Shown here one piece after another: positions 13,984 to 27,600 of a stretch of 64,000 nucleotides of DNA; positions within the stretch are counted from its first letter, which is position 1; each line of letters begins with the position of its first letter. The stretch comes from Eledone cirrhosa (Eukaryota). The translations under genes and the position numbers were made by a program. The stretch lies in contig OZ024741.1 in assembly GCA_964016885.1 (NCBI GenBank), positions 179,366,001 through 179,430,000 of the forward strand. Direction: 5' to 3'. The notes under the pieces are model-generated. The model was not told the DNA's origin and did not search any database. It saw only the letters and a program-made list of their open reading frames with translations.

Positions 13984-14188
13984 CTGAAATTAGAAAGAAA
14001 AAAATTAAAACAATCTATATTATAATAACCGTATGGCTTTTTTGTACGTCTGCCACACACAAATGTTACAAACTTTAAAATGTTCCCAAAAATTTTATTT
14101 AGAATTCATGGAACACAAATGTATGACAAAATGAAAAGAAGTAGTGGCAAATGCTAAATGTTTTAAAACATTCTCTCCCAAAGGTGTT

Positions 14189-14237
<49 letters not shown>

Positions 14238-16030
14238 TAGATATAGATATATAGGAGTGCTCATGCACAGAGATGCTATAAAATAGCTTATAAAATTGGG
14301 TGAAGATTCTAAGACAAAAAAGTTGCCATCGGCCTCTATGAAATATATATATACAGTATATGTCTGTCTATTAATTTATCAATCTATCTCTCTAAGTATG
14401 TATGTGGTGGTTACACTGATTATATAGGAGACCAATGCCAATTACATAATGGTGTAGTAGTCGCTACAGGGTAATATGACGGCTGCAGCCTGATGACAGC
14501 CGTCACCCCCATGCCAGTAATTGAAGCAAGTTGGCTGTTGTTTTATTGAGGGCTGGGATATGGTTTTGAAAGACGATTTTGAACTGAATTTATGTCTTGT
14601 ATGATGTGCCTTGTGTGTGGATTTGATTGTATGATTTCGATTTGTATTTGTGAGAGTTCATAGATATTATGGGTTTGGTTTAGATTTGTTTACAATCTAA
14701 TTAAGACAATTGACAATCTTAGTTATGAATAAGTTAGTATTAAATAGATTAAAAAAAACAAAAAAAAAAACAAGAGAGGGTTGGTGTCAGCATGGAAAAA
14801 TGGTCATAAAATAGATGGTGGTGGTGGTGGTGATGTTTACTGACACATTCCATCACTACTTAGCTCGGATTCTACTCTTCTACTGAGTTACAAACACTAT
14901 TCAACAAGACGAATTTGTGTGTGAACCTTTCTAAGAATTCTTGAAATGTTTTGAAACAAATGAAATGTAATCACAGAAGCTATCATGTTAGGCTACTTTA
15001 ACTGTTGTTTTGTAGATGTTTTTCTCACACCCATTTACATGTAGATTAGGTCTTTACTAAGACAATAACTAGTTTAGTAATTTGTTTATTGTTTTTCTTT
15101 TATAAATAATCCATTGTTTGACAAAGGGAAGAAATGATATTCAGTTTTATCATATTTCTTTACATAAGTACACACACACAAAAGCATGAAGACATTTATA
15201 TCACATACATACAGTAACAGTGTGCATGCGTGTGTAAAATCGCCAACATCAACATTTTTTTGTGAACTCTTCCAAAGCTGGCATGGGTTGGATGGGACCT
15301 ATTAAGGCAATGTTTGACAGCCAGGTGACCATCGTGGCTGTAACACTTTTAGTCACTTCTTATCACACACAGGAATGCAATGTACCAATCCTAAACTGGA
15401 TACACAATGTTGTGTGTGTGTGTGTGCGTGTCTAAACAGCTTGACTACCATTTACAAAAGAGAGTTACAAAAAAACTCTTCAACAGTACTCTCTGCAAAT
15501 AACATATCAGTTTTATTGCCTTCTATTAAACTCGGGTGCTTTTATTCACTCCACTGCTTCCATACTTTCATAAACACTTCAGAAATTTCTATCTATCCAG
15601 ATTCTCCCAGCGATTAGCCAGCAATAAATTACATGGGAGGATCATCATCAACACACACACACACATTATGTATTCTACATGCCGCATCAAAGACATTTTG
15701 TGAAAACCAGTATCTTATAGCATAGTGATAATAACCTTACTGATAACAGAATTTTCAGTTTTGTAATTTCATGCAAAAATAATTTATGAAAATGCTTTGT
15801 GAATATTCTGCTATGAATTTATTCAAAAACATTTTCACTCACATGAAAAATAAACACACACACCCAAAGACTATATATAGATATATCATCATCATCATCG
15901 TCATCATCATCATCACCGTTTAATGGCCATTTTTCCACACTAGCAAGGATTAGACGGGTGTAAAATGATTATATATATATATATGAATATACATACATAA
16001 ATGTGTCATACATATAATACATATATATGT

Positions 16031-16226
16031 TTATCCTGGGTTCAATCGGGGGGGTAACCACAGTAAGGTAGTCAATACATAGCAGAGTATAAAAATTTAA
16101 TATAGAAATGGCTTCTACAAAACTAAAACTGTTTCATTCTGGGGAAATCATCAGGAAAGCCTGGGCATTCCTGATGATTCCTCCCGAATGAAACAGTTCT
16201 AGTCCTGTAGAAGCCATATTTTATAT
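16031..16226. mobile_element. Short fold-back hammerhead element (family B), head-to-head inverted copies in (TA)n
   Basis: Minus copy 16162-16031 and plus copy 16163-16226; ggc(a/t)ttc-CTGATGA-...GAAT-GAAACAG-ttctagtc-CTGT-A-gaagcc. Confidence 0.72.
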
Positions 16227-17758
16227 ATATATATGTGTGTGTGTATATATATATATATATAATATGGAGTGTCTGCAATGCGAAGACTGGGGAGATCACA
16301 AAGAGTATATATATATATATTAATGTGTGTGTGTGTTGGCGTGGGTTGAGGAGGCACTTGAGCCACGTCAAGGACATGACAACCTCTAGTGTTGGCACCA
16401 TGCTAAAATGGTAAACTCTGTAAAGTGGTTGGCATTAAGCAGGCCATCCAGCTGTAGAAACCATGTTAAATACATGCCAATTAAATAGTTGCCTGGTCTG
16501 TAACAACTATACAACCCATGCAAGTATAGACAATGGGTGTAAAATGGTGGTGATATATATATGAATGTACACATACGCATACATATATCTACAGACATAC
16601 ATAAACTCACACACACACACACACATATATATATATAATGGAAGATGCATGATACCTGTGTATGTTATATAATGTTACATGTTTGAGCAAGACATTGTAT
16701 ACAGAGGATGTGAAAAGGTTGGGAACAAATGAAGCAGCCATGTTTTGCTAGGTGTGTAAAGTGAATAATGAAGCTGCATCAACTGAGAGAAAAACTGGAG
16801 ATAATATAGGAATATAGGGTTGAGAGAACTTTTCAGTGTTGTCAAATACATGACAACCCCCCTAATGCAGGTACCATAAGATGCACTCATTATATTCTTT
16901 GAAGTGAATTGGCAGTATCGGTAGAGAGTCGGATGCCCTGCTTTCCAGCATAGTTACGTCTCTTTATGGTCTGAGTTCAAATCCCGCCGAGGTTAACTTT
17001 GCCTTTCATCCTTACGGGGTCGATAAAATAAAGTACCAGTAATGTACTGGGTAATTGCTGGCCTTGTGCCAAAAGTAGAAACAATTATATTCTTTTGAAG
17101 TGTTAGTGTTGGTGTGTCACAATAAAATGCACTCAATACACCCTTCAAAGTATTAGTGTTCATGCCATGATAAAATGCACCCAGTACACTCCCTAAAATG
17201 GCTGGCATTAGGAAGGACATCTAACAGCAGAAACCATGCCAAAATATAGAACATATGAGCAAGGTGTGGTTCACCAACACATGCCAGCATGGAAAACAGA
17301 TGGAAAATGATAATGCATGATCATGATGATATATATGAGCAAATGAAAAAAATAATTGATTATATTTAACTGTTATGTGTCTCTTGATAATATTACAATA
17401 GTAAAAAGGATATGGTTCCACAGAAACAACCATTCTCTGAAAGTATCACTTAATTAATTATAGAACAATCAGTGGAAACAACGCAAAGGAAATTGGCATT
17501 TCCAAGTTAACTAAAGGAGTTTATCATTACATTGATTATTCATGAAGTGAGCACATTAAGTAATTAGCTGCAAATGGTTTTATAATCTTGGGAGTTAGCT
17601 GATTATTATGACATGGCATCAAATCAATAACCCCTTTCTTCTAACACTATTTACTGGCCCCATTTACAGGGGATTATATATATATGTGTGTTGTGTATAT
17701 ATATATATATATATATATATCCTTGCAAGCGGACGTAAAATGATGATGATGATGATGA

Positions 17759-17796
<38 letters not shown>

Positions 17797-18664
17797 AACT
17801 AGGACTGTTGTGTCTGATTAGTAATAAATGTAGATAGGAAGAGATGAGATGTGAAGTGACTGAAATAGATGCATCCATGTGGTATGTTGTTAATGTAGCT
17901 GCATCGTCATATTAATCCATGGCAGGGCCTCTAGGTTTTCAAGTATTTCAGGCCCCCTCTGACACTTCAATCTTTCACTTTACTACAGCTGACTGCCTGG
18001 GTAATATTAACCAATTGCAGGCCCCCTAGACTTATATGTATTTAACTCCTCTAGTACTTCAAATGTTTACTCCATTACAGCTGACAGCCAAAGCTTGATA
18101 TGGTATATCTAATATAATAAATTAACATAAAAAATTGAACAATATACAGTGAAATAACATTTGCAGTTAACCATTGGTACCTTAGGGTACAAATAACAGT
18201 GCCTTAGTGAAAAAAGAAATTGTCAGGACCCTAGCTGACCCCTCGTCAGCCTTATGAATAACATGGACCTGTGTAACATCTAAGTTTTATACAAAGGAAA
18301 GGAATCCATTCGTAAAAAACCTACCAAAGAATCAGGAGGACTGTTCAGCTGTGTCAAAAACATGACAACCTCCCTAGTGCAGGTGCTATGAGAAAATGCA
18401 CTTGGTAGAGCATGGGAATGTTTATAAGTGAGATGTGGGCTCCCTGGCCCAACTGAGAGACCAGTTCTTCTTGAGTAATGACACAGTTTCTGACAACCCA
18501 TTCCACCCTTGAGAACAGGGAAAACTGATGTATGATGATGATGATAGCAACAGTGTAAAAGCTATCTATTCTCAAAACCAAATTAACTTCAGGGAGTTAA
18601 CTGACTGTTATGGTTAATGAAACAGAATATTAGAACAAAGTAAAATATTACACTAATATATATT

Positions 18665-18925
18665 ACTAGACGACCTGTGAGCCGTTGGGTCACGTTCACT
18701 TCAAATTATTTTTTTGAAATCTTGTTTACTTAAAAATAATTTTTAAATAATTAAAATATACACAGACATGTATATAATGTGAAATGAAACTGGAACGCCC
18801 ATATATATATATACACGTGTGTGTATGCATATATATAAATGTGTGTGTATAGATATGTATGTGTGTGTGTGTGTGTATATATATATGTGGTATCTGGGAT
18901 CTATATACACTGGTCATAGACACTT

Positions 18926-19002
<77 letters not shown>

Positions 19003-19313
19003 ACACCACCACCAGCTCTCATTCTCTCTCTTCTGTCTCTCTCTCTCTATGTCTCTCTTTCAATCTACTCTCTCACAACCACTATCTCTTTCTCTCTATC
19101 CTTCTCTCTCTCTGTTTATGAAGGTACCCAGAAAACCCCATATCTCGGGAACCCGAGCTTCGATTTATGCGAAACTTGTTTGATTCCATTTGTATTCCCA
19201 TTCCAGGGGCAACTTCCTTTCAAAGTATTTTCCCATCATGCGCCCTTTTTGGTTGCATTACATTACAGACAAGCAAGCAAGCAAGCAATTACAGAGTTTT
19301 AGTAACATATAGA
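18665..19313 (+). mobile_element. Possible non-autonomous Helitron/Helentron-type element
   Basis: Starts actagacgacc...cgttg; internal microsatellites; ends (gcaa)n...gagttttagtaacatatagat. Based on architecture only. Confidence 0.4.
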
Positions 19314-21186
19314 TAGATGTAACTATTTTCTCTTTTGAGACCATATCATTATCATTCTACATCTGTTTACTATGATGGCTTGCGTGGAGTGGGTTGTCAC
19401 TGCCCCAAACTAGATGGGTCAGAGAATTATATCTTCCTCATTTTTGGCATAATTTCTATGGCTGGATGCTCTTCTTAATGCCAACTACTTTACAGAGTAT
19501 AACGTGTTCACTTTATCATGGCACCAATACTACCACTTTAAAGAGTGTACTGGATGCATATTATTGTGGCATCAGAACCCAACTTTACAGAGTATAATGG
19601 GTGCATTTTATCATTTTACCAGCACTACCACTTTACAAAGTGTAATGAGTGTATTTACTTGTGGTACCAGCACTACAATTTTATAAAGTGTAGAAGGAGC
19701 ATTTTGTCGTGACACCAGCTCTACCACTTTATTGGATGTATTTTATTGGATGTATTTTATCATGGCACTAATACTACCACTTTACAAAGATTTATAAGTG
19801 CATTTTCTTACAGCACCACCAATAAAGAGACCATTAAGCCCTCAGCTAATTTAAAAGATTCTTCGAGCCATCATGGGCCTCTAACCATAATGAACTCCAA
19901 CCCAAATGTGAATCTATGCAATGAATATGATGAAATGGACAACATATTTTTTTTTTATCAAAGAAGATCTATAATGTCCCCAAAACAAATACTGAGTTGC
20001 TATTTCATTTGCTTCAATAAACAATTTAATCTATCAGTTTGTATGTACACACATAGCACTAGATGAAAATTTGCTTATATAGGAGAGTGTCATTCCTTCA
20101 CAGCACACAACCACTCATATATATTCTGGACTGTATCCAACAGGCCATTTAATTGATTAACAATTCTTCACTCCACACCAATATGCTACTATCAGTAACA
20201 TACTGACATGTGTTAGGAGTTACCATTGACAGATAGTATCTTCATAGCTTCTTTGTTCCTGTTGGGAGTTGCTACTAGCAGATAGTATCAGCATAGTTTC
20301 CCAGTTTCCTTGGTCCAATCTCGCAGTTGCTTTTTTCTTCTTTTTTTTTTAATATTTTAACCACAGCAAATTTCTCTCCTCTTCTGAACTTACAAATCAT
20401 ATATATCATAATTATCGTTTAACATCCATTTTCCACGCTAGCATGGGTTAGACAAGTTGTCCCACCGAGAGACAAGTCAGATCAGGTGACCTTTATCTTG
20501 TTCATACAGAACTGTATGAGCAACATTTACAGTGTTGACTGGGTACTTTTTCATTATGTTACCAGCATGACTACCTTACAAGGTTAACCAGATGCTTTTT
20601 GTTGTGTTACCAACATCAACACCTTAGGCTGGGCTGGGTATATATAAACATCATCATTGTTTAATGGCTGTTTCCCATAGTTGCATGAGAAATAGATGGT
20701 TGTCATGTTATGAGGCTAGGCATATCAAGTAACCATGTCTTGCTCATACGTTGTTTTTGTGATGACTCCAGCACAACCACCTTACAGAGTGGACTCAGTG
20801 CTTTTTATTGTGATACCAGTATAACCACTTTACAGGAGGGACTAAAAGTTTTTTAGTTTTTTTTTTTTTTTTTTTAAATATGTTCCTGTCCTGTTGAAAG
20901 AGTTCCCACCTAGATTGTTCTGAAAACCACCTCAAGCACCAAACCCTAGTGACAGGCCAGGGCAGAGCTGAACCCCTCTCCATGTCTGAACACAGCAGCT
21001 TTCTTCTGGAGAAGGAGAGCGATGGTGAGAAAAAATGAGAGGAGATATTGAGGAAGACTCAAACTAGTATTAGACTTGTACTTTTTTTTGTTAATCGACC
21101 TTGAAAGGATGAAAGGCAAATTCGACCTCAGTGGAATTTGAACTTGCAGAGAGACAGAACACATACTGCAAAGTATTCTATTTCAC

Positions 21187-21890
21187 TCTTTGAGTTTAAG
21201 TAAATATTGTTCAGAGATGACAAACCTTGTAAAGGAGTCCCACATAAAATCTATTTGAATGGTACCAAGATATGTTGTTTATGTCTGGATATTATAAGGT
21301 TTGTCATCTCCGAACAATATTTACTTGAACTCAAAGAGCAAAATGTTTAGGGGATGGCTCCATCTCAAAACCCAACTGCTTGCTAAGTGAAAATATTCAA
21401 CAAATTCGGCTGATTTTGAACCACCTTAATTTGATTTATATACTTCTGTTATATCATTCTTTCTCTTTCCACACTTACATAATACAATACACTTTCTATA
21501 CTACTATACTCCATACCTTAATAAATATTACCATCTCTATATTACATTCCACCACATAATACAATACTTCTGCTATAGTATAAGAACACAAACATATGGT
21601 CGATCTCAAATTTCAAAATTTACATCTTGGAGTTATTTCCCTTTGTTATATTAGGGTCTTTTTCATAAACACGCGCTCTTCACAAACTTTACTTTTAACA
21701 GTATATTATAAACTTGTATAAGTCCCTGAAGAAAGGTCTCTAATTTGATGCCTTTGTATTCTGGAAGTATGGTCAAGTTTGGGCCTTGAAACTTTGTTCT
21801 ATGCACAAACATAAAAAAATAATATAACATTTCTGCTCTTTTCCCTATTGAGCACTGTTTTCCTTTTCACACCTACGGATATAGACACAC
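21187..21890 (+). mobile_element. Decayed second PLE: endonuclease C-terminus, small 5' inversion and degenerate hammerhead
   Basis: 21242ff translates HKIYLNGTKICCLCL..., then after a frameshift YLNSKSKMF (cf. FCNLCILE...LLNRKSEIF); 21187-21232 inverts 21291-21338; CTGAAGA-AAGGTCT...GGGCCTT-GAAAC at 21726-21792. Confidence 0.6.
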
Positions 21891-24182
21891 ACACAAAGTG
21901 GCTAGCAGCTGCTACAGAGAATTAAATTCTTTAAATATCATGGGCGCTGTCCTTCCCTTTCTAACCACAATTTCCAACAGAGAATCGAAAAAGCTATGCA
22001 TTTTGTGAATGAATAAAATTGATTAAATCAATTCCAACACTTAATTTATCAACCTTAGGAATGTACAGGCCTTGACAAGTTTTGAACTGAAATCAGAGAA
22101 AGTGTAACTAAACACCACAAGGCATTTTGTCCCTCACAAAGCTATACATTTTTGAAAATAAAGCAATCAATTAAGTCAACTCCAGTGTAATGGTTTGGAA
22201 GTCTGTCAGAAGGATTATAATTCAAAGGGCCAGCCTTGTCACACTATCATGTTGAATATCTCTGAGAATTATATGAAAGGTACACTTGTCTGTGGAATGC
22301 TCAGCCACTTAGGCTGTTCCATTGATCAAGCAACTGGAATACTCATATCATCATCATCATCGTTTAACGTCTATCTTCCACGCAAGCATGGGTTTAGACG
22401 GGAATTGTCCCACTTGAGGTAAGATTGGTTGTCTTGCTCGTATAGAATCCCTGTTTATATATATCTAGAAACCTTCCATCATAATTTTATTTATTAATAT
22501 TTTTGAAGTTATGTTCCAAACACCGACTTAATAACGTGAATGTTATATAACTAAATCCCTCTAAATTCTTGATTATTTTCAAAATTATTTGCAAATTCTA
22601 AGCAGTATCTTTCATTAGAAATATGGTAAAAAAAGAGTTAATAAAAGTGTGAATATTAATATATCTATTATGAAATAGTTTAACAATTGTGGGCTAGTAT
22701 GACCATCAGATCATCATCATCATCATTTAACATCCACTTTCCCAGCTAGCGTTAAATGGGTTGTCATCACACCAGATGGAGACTCAAAAGGAGCTACTGA
22801 TCAGATGAGCCAGCAGCCTGCATCTCACATACATTCCCATATTCTACTGAGTGTTTAGACTGGCCAGCGGCCCACAGCTTGCTTACATACAATGCTATGC
22901 TCTACCAAGTGTATTTTATTGTGTCACCAGCACTATGGATGTTGTCATGTCTTTGACACAGTTGAAGGGTCCTCACAACCCTCTGTTTGGTCCTTACCCT
23001 CATCAGTCACTTTACAAAGTGTACTGGGTATGTTTATTGTGAGGTTCATCAACACTAGAGAAGTTGTCATATCCTTGATACAACTGGAGAGTCTTGTCAA
23101 CCCATTTTTGGTGTGATTGGTGATCATATTTCTATGTATGAGGAAGTATTAGGCAGGGCATCCAGTCATAGAAACTATGCCAGATCAAAGGACTGACAGG
23201 AGTCTTCAGTTGCATTAAGGACATGACAACCTTCTTAGCGCTGCTGTCACAATAAAGTGCACCCAGTCACACTGTAAAGTGGTTGGTGATAGGAGAGGTA
23301 TCCAGAACCTTTGTAAGCGAGATGAGGCCTCCTGGCCTTTCTGAGAGAACTTCGATTAGGTACTAACTTCATCAGTACTGCCAACGTGCAAAAGTGGATA
23401 TTAAACAATGATGATGATAATGATATAATATATTTAGGTGTGTATGTGTTTGTTTATTTCTCTATGTCATAGTTATAAGATTTTTATTTTCATTTTGTAT
23501 GTGTCATGAGTTGGTATGTATATAGAGTAAATTGTCATTTAATAGATACTTAGGTTACGTAAGCGAAAAATACCGGTTTCTTTAGAACACACAAGTTATT
23601 TTTATCAAAAAGGATTGTCCTTCGTAATCTTTTTTAACAAGCTGTTGTATCATAAATACCTTTTTTACTTTTTGCATACAATAGATCACCTCATGGTTAA
23701 CAGATCACCTCATAGTTAACAGATCACCTCATTGGTGAATACTGAATATATATATATTACATAAATATACCAGTTGGTGACTTCTCAAGGCATGCTATTG
23801 AAAATTTTTTTTCAGTGTTGTGTTGTGGCATTGATAAATCATGTGGAATGATTAAATCATTAACAGCATAATCATTATCGTTAGTATTGTCGTCATGACC
23901 ATCATCCGTGTTGTCATTTTAGGTTCTGATTAAGTAAGGAGGGGAAGGGGTGTCATTGCAATATCAGGCCACATTATATTGGCATACATGGCAAGAGAGA
24001 AAAAACCTGCCAATTTGTAATGCTATCTATACTATTCTATTTATTTATTTATTTATTTTATAACTTAAAATAAAGTAAAAATAAAAAAAATATCTTTAAC
24101 ATATTCAAGTCTGTTCAGGGAGTGATATTTGAGTTGTTGGTTTTGTAACTTCTGTGAATGTTGTGTGTGTATGTATTTATAT

Positions 24183-24222
<40 letters not shown>

Positions 24223-24227
<5 letters not shown>

Positions 24228-24414
24228 GGTATGACCCCGACGGCAGAGCTCAAGCCGTTTCGACAGCTATTTCTGGACGCAGTCCAAAAATAGCCGTCGA
24301 AACGGCTTGAGCTCTGCCATTGGGGTCATACCTTTTCCTATTCCCACTCTACTACCTTAAGTATTGACTACTCTGGTGCGTTATGGTCCATCTGGTTCCT
24401 TACCACAATTCCTT

Positions 24415-24418
<4 letters not shown>
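24223..24418 (+). mobile_element. Palindromic half-hammerhead element (family A) in (TA)n
   Basis: ~55-bp inverted arms (24223-24336) plus a tail; right arm has GAA-ACGGC-ttgagctct-GCC(A)T-T-gggg, a decayed stem III and cleavage site. Confidence 0.7.
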
Positions 24419-24471
<53 letters not shown>

Positions 24472-25170
24472 ATTTATGTTAGGCTGTTTACCAATGGGTA
24501 GAACTGGCGGCTCCTGTTTGTATATATATACACACCATAACACACCAGAGTACTCAATACTTAGGGTAGTAGAGTGGGGTAATTGGAAAAGATATATATA
24601 TATGTCATCACCGTTTAATGTCTATTTTCCTTGCTTACATGAGTTAGACAGGCTGTCCCCCCTTACAAAGTGGGTTGGGTACTTTTTGTTGTGGCACCAA
24701 TACAACCATCTTACTTTTATATAGTGGTTGTTGAACCTCCATTAGCTCTGCCAAGGAAAATTTTAGTTGTTTGAACAACAGAACAACCTGCTGCAAGGAA
24801 TTGAATGCTCATTGAGCTGAACACCCTTAACTCAAACCCCCATGCCTTTATATATATATACTTATGGTAAATATTGATGCAATTCAATTCAAGCATTCAA
24901 CATACTTTTTCCACATAGGAATGATGGAGTATATTCAGAATAAGTTTCAGATGTTAAAGTCCTTTATTGATAAGGCCGTGATACCAACAGTGACCACACA
25001 ATTCCGCATACCCAGTGCCATGATCTCATCAGACAGCTTCTTACATAATAAGGTTACGTTCTCAAGGAAATCCAAATTAAAACGACAAGGGAACGGACAA
25101 AGATGATGTTCTTAAAGCCTTCACCCGTTCCCTTGTGAGCCCTAATTGTTCTCTCTCTCTCATATATATA

Positions 25171-26413
25171 CAGGGTGCGGACGATGTTTGTTATGCAAAT
25201 TTTTTTTACTTCCGTTGTCACTCTTGTCTTCATAAAAACAGTGACTATATTTCCATTATTTATTTTCAGAATAATTGATTATGAATAATTTTGAACCTCC
25301 AAATTCGTGGAAGAGACACAGAGTTCTTCTTGGAATCCGCGCCGGGAGGACAAATAAGGAAATTTCAGAATTTCTCAGCGTCAGCAGGAGAATGGTGGAA
25401 AAGATCAGAAAGGAATTGGAAGATTCAGGATTCGACTACGAAGCAACATCAAAGAGGAAAACACATGATTGACGATCTGACGCCCGAGTTCATCGCTGAA
25501 GTTCAGGATATCATCAACAATGAACCTAGCAAGTCGATGCGTGCCATTGCAAGGGAGAAAGGCGTGGATGAAAAGCTCATTAGGCTGGTGGTACATGAAG
25601 ACATTTGCTATGTTTCATACAAGATGAGGAAAGGACAATTTCTTTCAAAAGCGATGCAAGAAAAGCGACTGAAGCATGCAAAGAAGCTGATCAACAAGTT
25701 GAAACACCCACTGGAGCCAGACATGCTGTGATTTTTCTCCGACGAGAAAAACTTCTGCCAAGACCAGAAGATCAACTCCCAGAACAACAGGTGGCTTGCT
25801 GTCTCATCCAAAGACGTGCCCAGAGTCATGCAGACAAAGTTTCCAGCAACAACATTGGTCTTAGGTGTCGTCATGCCACCTCCCTTCTTCCCTGAGGGCC
25901 TCAAGCTGAACACCAATGGCTACATCCGCGTTCTGAGCGAGGTAGTAAAGCCCTTGATAGACCAGGTAGCTGCAGGTAGGCCGTACGTGTGACAGCAAGA
26001 CACAGCGCCCTGCCATACCAGCCGAAAGACCCAAGCCTGGCTGTCAGAGAACTTCGTCGACCACACTTCACCTGACATCTGGCTTCTCAGCTTACCTGAC
26101 TGCAGCTCGCCTTGACTTCTTTGTGTGGGGCACAGTGGAACGAGACACCAACAGATCTAGCTGCAAAACGAAAGACGATCTGAAGGCCAGGATCACAAGT
26201 GCCCTTAGGCTAAGTCGAGGGACGAAGGCCTGTAACCGGTTCCGAGGCTGCCTTGAGGCCGTCATCAAAGCCAATGGCGGGTTTATCGAGTGAGATCGAA
26301 AGAACAAGTCATGAAGACAAACTGATCCAAATTTGATAAATATATCTTAAAAAATAAAACTACTTTGTTATTTTTTCCTAGACAGTAATCTTGCGAACAA
26401 ATCTCGTCCGCAC
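25171..26413 (+). mobile_element. Tc1/mariner-superfamily DNA transposon, DD37D (maT-like), defective
   Basis: TIRs cagggtgcggacgatgtttgtt / aacaaatctcgtccgcac with TA flanks; transposase pieces KSMRAIARE, FSDEKNF, QQDTAPCH and PDC..LDFFVWG (37-aa spacing), with stops and frameshifts. Confidence 0.88.
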
Positions 26414-26420
26414 ACATATA

Positions 26421-26640
26421 ATTCAGGAACGATCGACTTTCGTCAAATCGGACCGAGGAAACAATGTTTCCGTTGGTCTTTCCAATTGCTAATACTAGCT
26501 ATCGGTCACAACTCCAGGTAGAAGGAGCAACGTGAAATAAAGTGTCTTGCTCAAGGACATAACACATCGCCTGGTGCAGGAATCGAACTCACACCCTTAC
26601 GATTGCGAATCCAATTCTCTAACCACTCAGCCACACGCCT
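26421..26640 (-). mobile_element. tRNA-headed SINE with a related head/core but a different 3' part
   Basis: aggcgtgtggctgagtggttagag...gagttcgattcc...ccttgagcaagacac on the minus strand. Confidence 0.75.
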
Positions 26641-26710
26641 TCACACATATATATATACATATATATATGTGTATATATATATATACATACATATATATAC
26701 ATATATATAT

Positions 26711-26817
26711 ATATAAACAAGGTTTAGTAAATAATGAAAAAGTTTCAAAATAAATTTTAAAAAATTGACTTTACCTACTATAGTTACCTTTACCGATCGG
26801 TTTCGAATCCCAAAAAT
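26711..26817 (-). repeat. Inverted partial copy of the 483-bp unit (equivalent to 27086-27192) at the array's 5' junction
   Basis: atataaacaagg...taccgatcggtttcgaatcccaaaaat is the reverse complement of the unit segment spanning the 3' half of the hammerhead. Confidence 0.92.
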
Positions 26818-27033
26818 TACTACTACCTCCACATACGTTGAGAACAAACCGGGTCATTCCGACTGCTGCTGATAACAGCGGTGGCTAGTTCGACCTACCT
26901 CCTTTTGCCTCTATCTTTACTACGGCCCTTGATAAACCTGTTCTACATCATCCACTCTCATCCCAGGAACAGTCTTTGATAGCGCTGGTTTGTGATTTAA
27001 ATTCAGGAATTTTATATTCTTTGAATGAAAAGA

Positions 27034-27117
27034 ACCTTCTGACGAGAATCTCTCTTTGCAACGAAGGCCGTATGGCCTACGTTTTATTTTTGGGATTCGA
27101 AACCGATCGGTAAAGGT
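27034..27117 (+). ncRNA. Type I hammerhead ribozyme, unit 1
   Basis: Stem I ACCTT/AAGGT; core CTGACGA; stem II GAATCTC/GGGATTC with a long insert; GAAA; stem III ACCG-at-CGGT (palindrome ACCGATCGGT); cleavage after GUA (27112). Confidence 0.88.
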
Positions 27118-27516
27118 AACTATAGTAGGTAAAGTCAATTTTTTAAAATTTATTTTGAAACTTTTTCATTATTTACTAAACCTTGTTTATATTTGTTCTG
27201 GCTCGTTAATTTATTAACCCGCCATTGAACCACACTGGCACTTGGTTGGACAATACATGCGTACCTTGACGCCTTGTGCGTGAAAGGACGTATTTCATAT
27301 TACTACTACCTCCACATACGTTGAGAACAAACCGGGTCATTCCGACTGCTGCTGATAACAGCGGTGGCTAGTTCGACCTACCTCCTTTTGCCTCTATCTT
27401 TACTACGGCCCTTGATAAACCTGTTCTACATCATCCACTCTCATCCCAGGAACAGTCTTTGATAGCGCTAGTTTGTGATTTAAATTCAGGAATTTTATAT
27501 TCTTTGAATGAAAAGA

Positions 27517-27600
27517 ACCTTCTGACGAGAATCTCTCTTTGCAACGAAGGCCGTATGGCCTACGTTTTATTTTTGGGATTCGAAACCGATCGGTAAAGGT
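27517..27600 (+). ncRNA. Type I hammerhead ribozyme, unit 2
   Basis: Same sequence as the unit 1 motif, +483. Confidence 0.88.
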
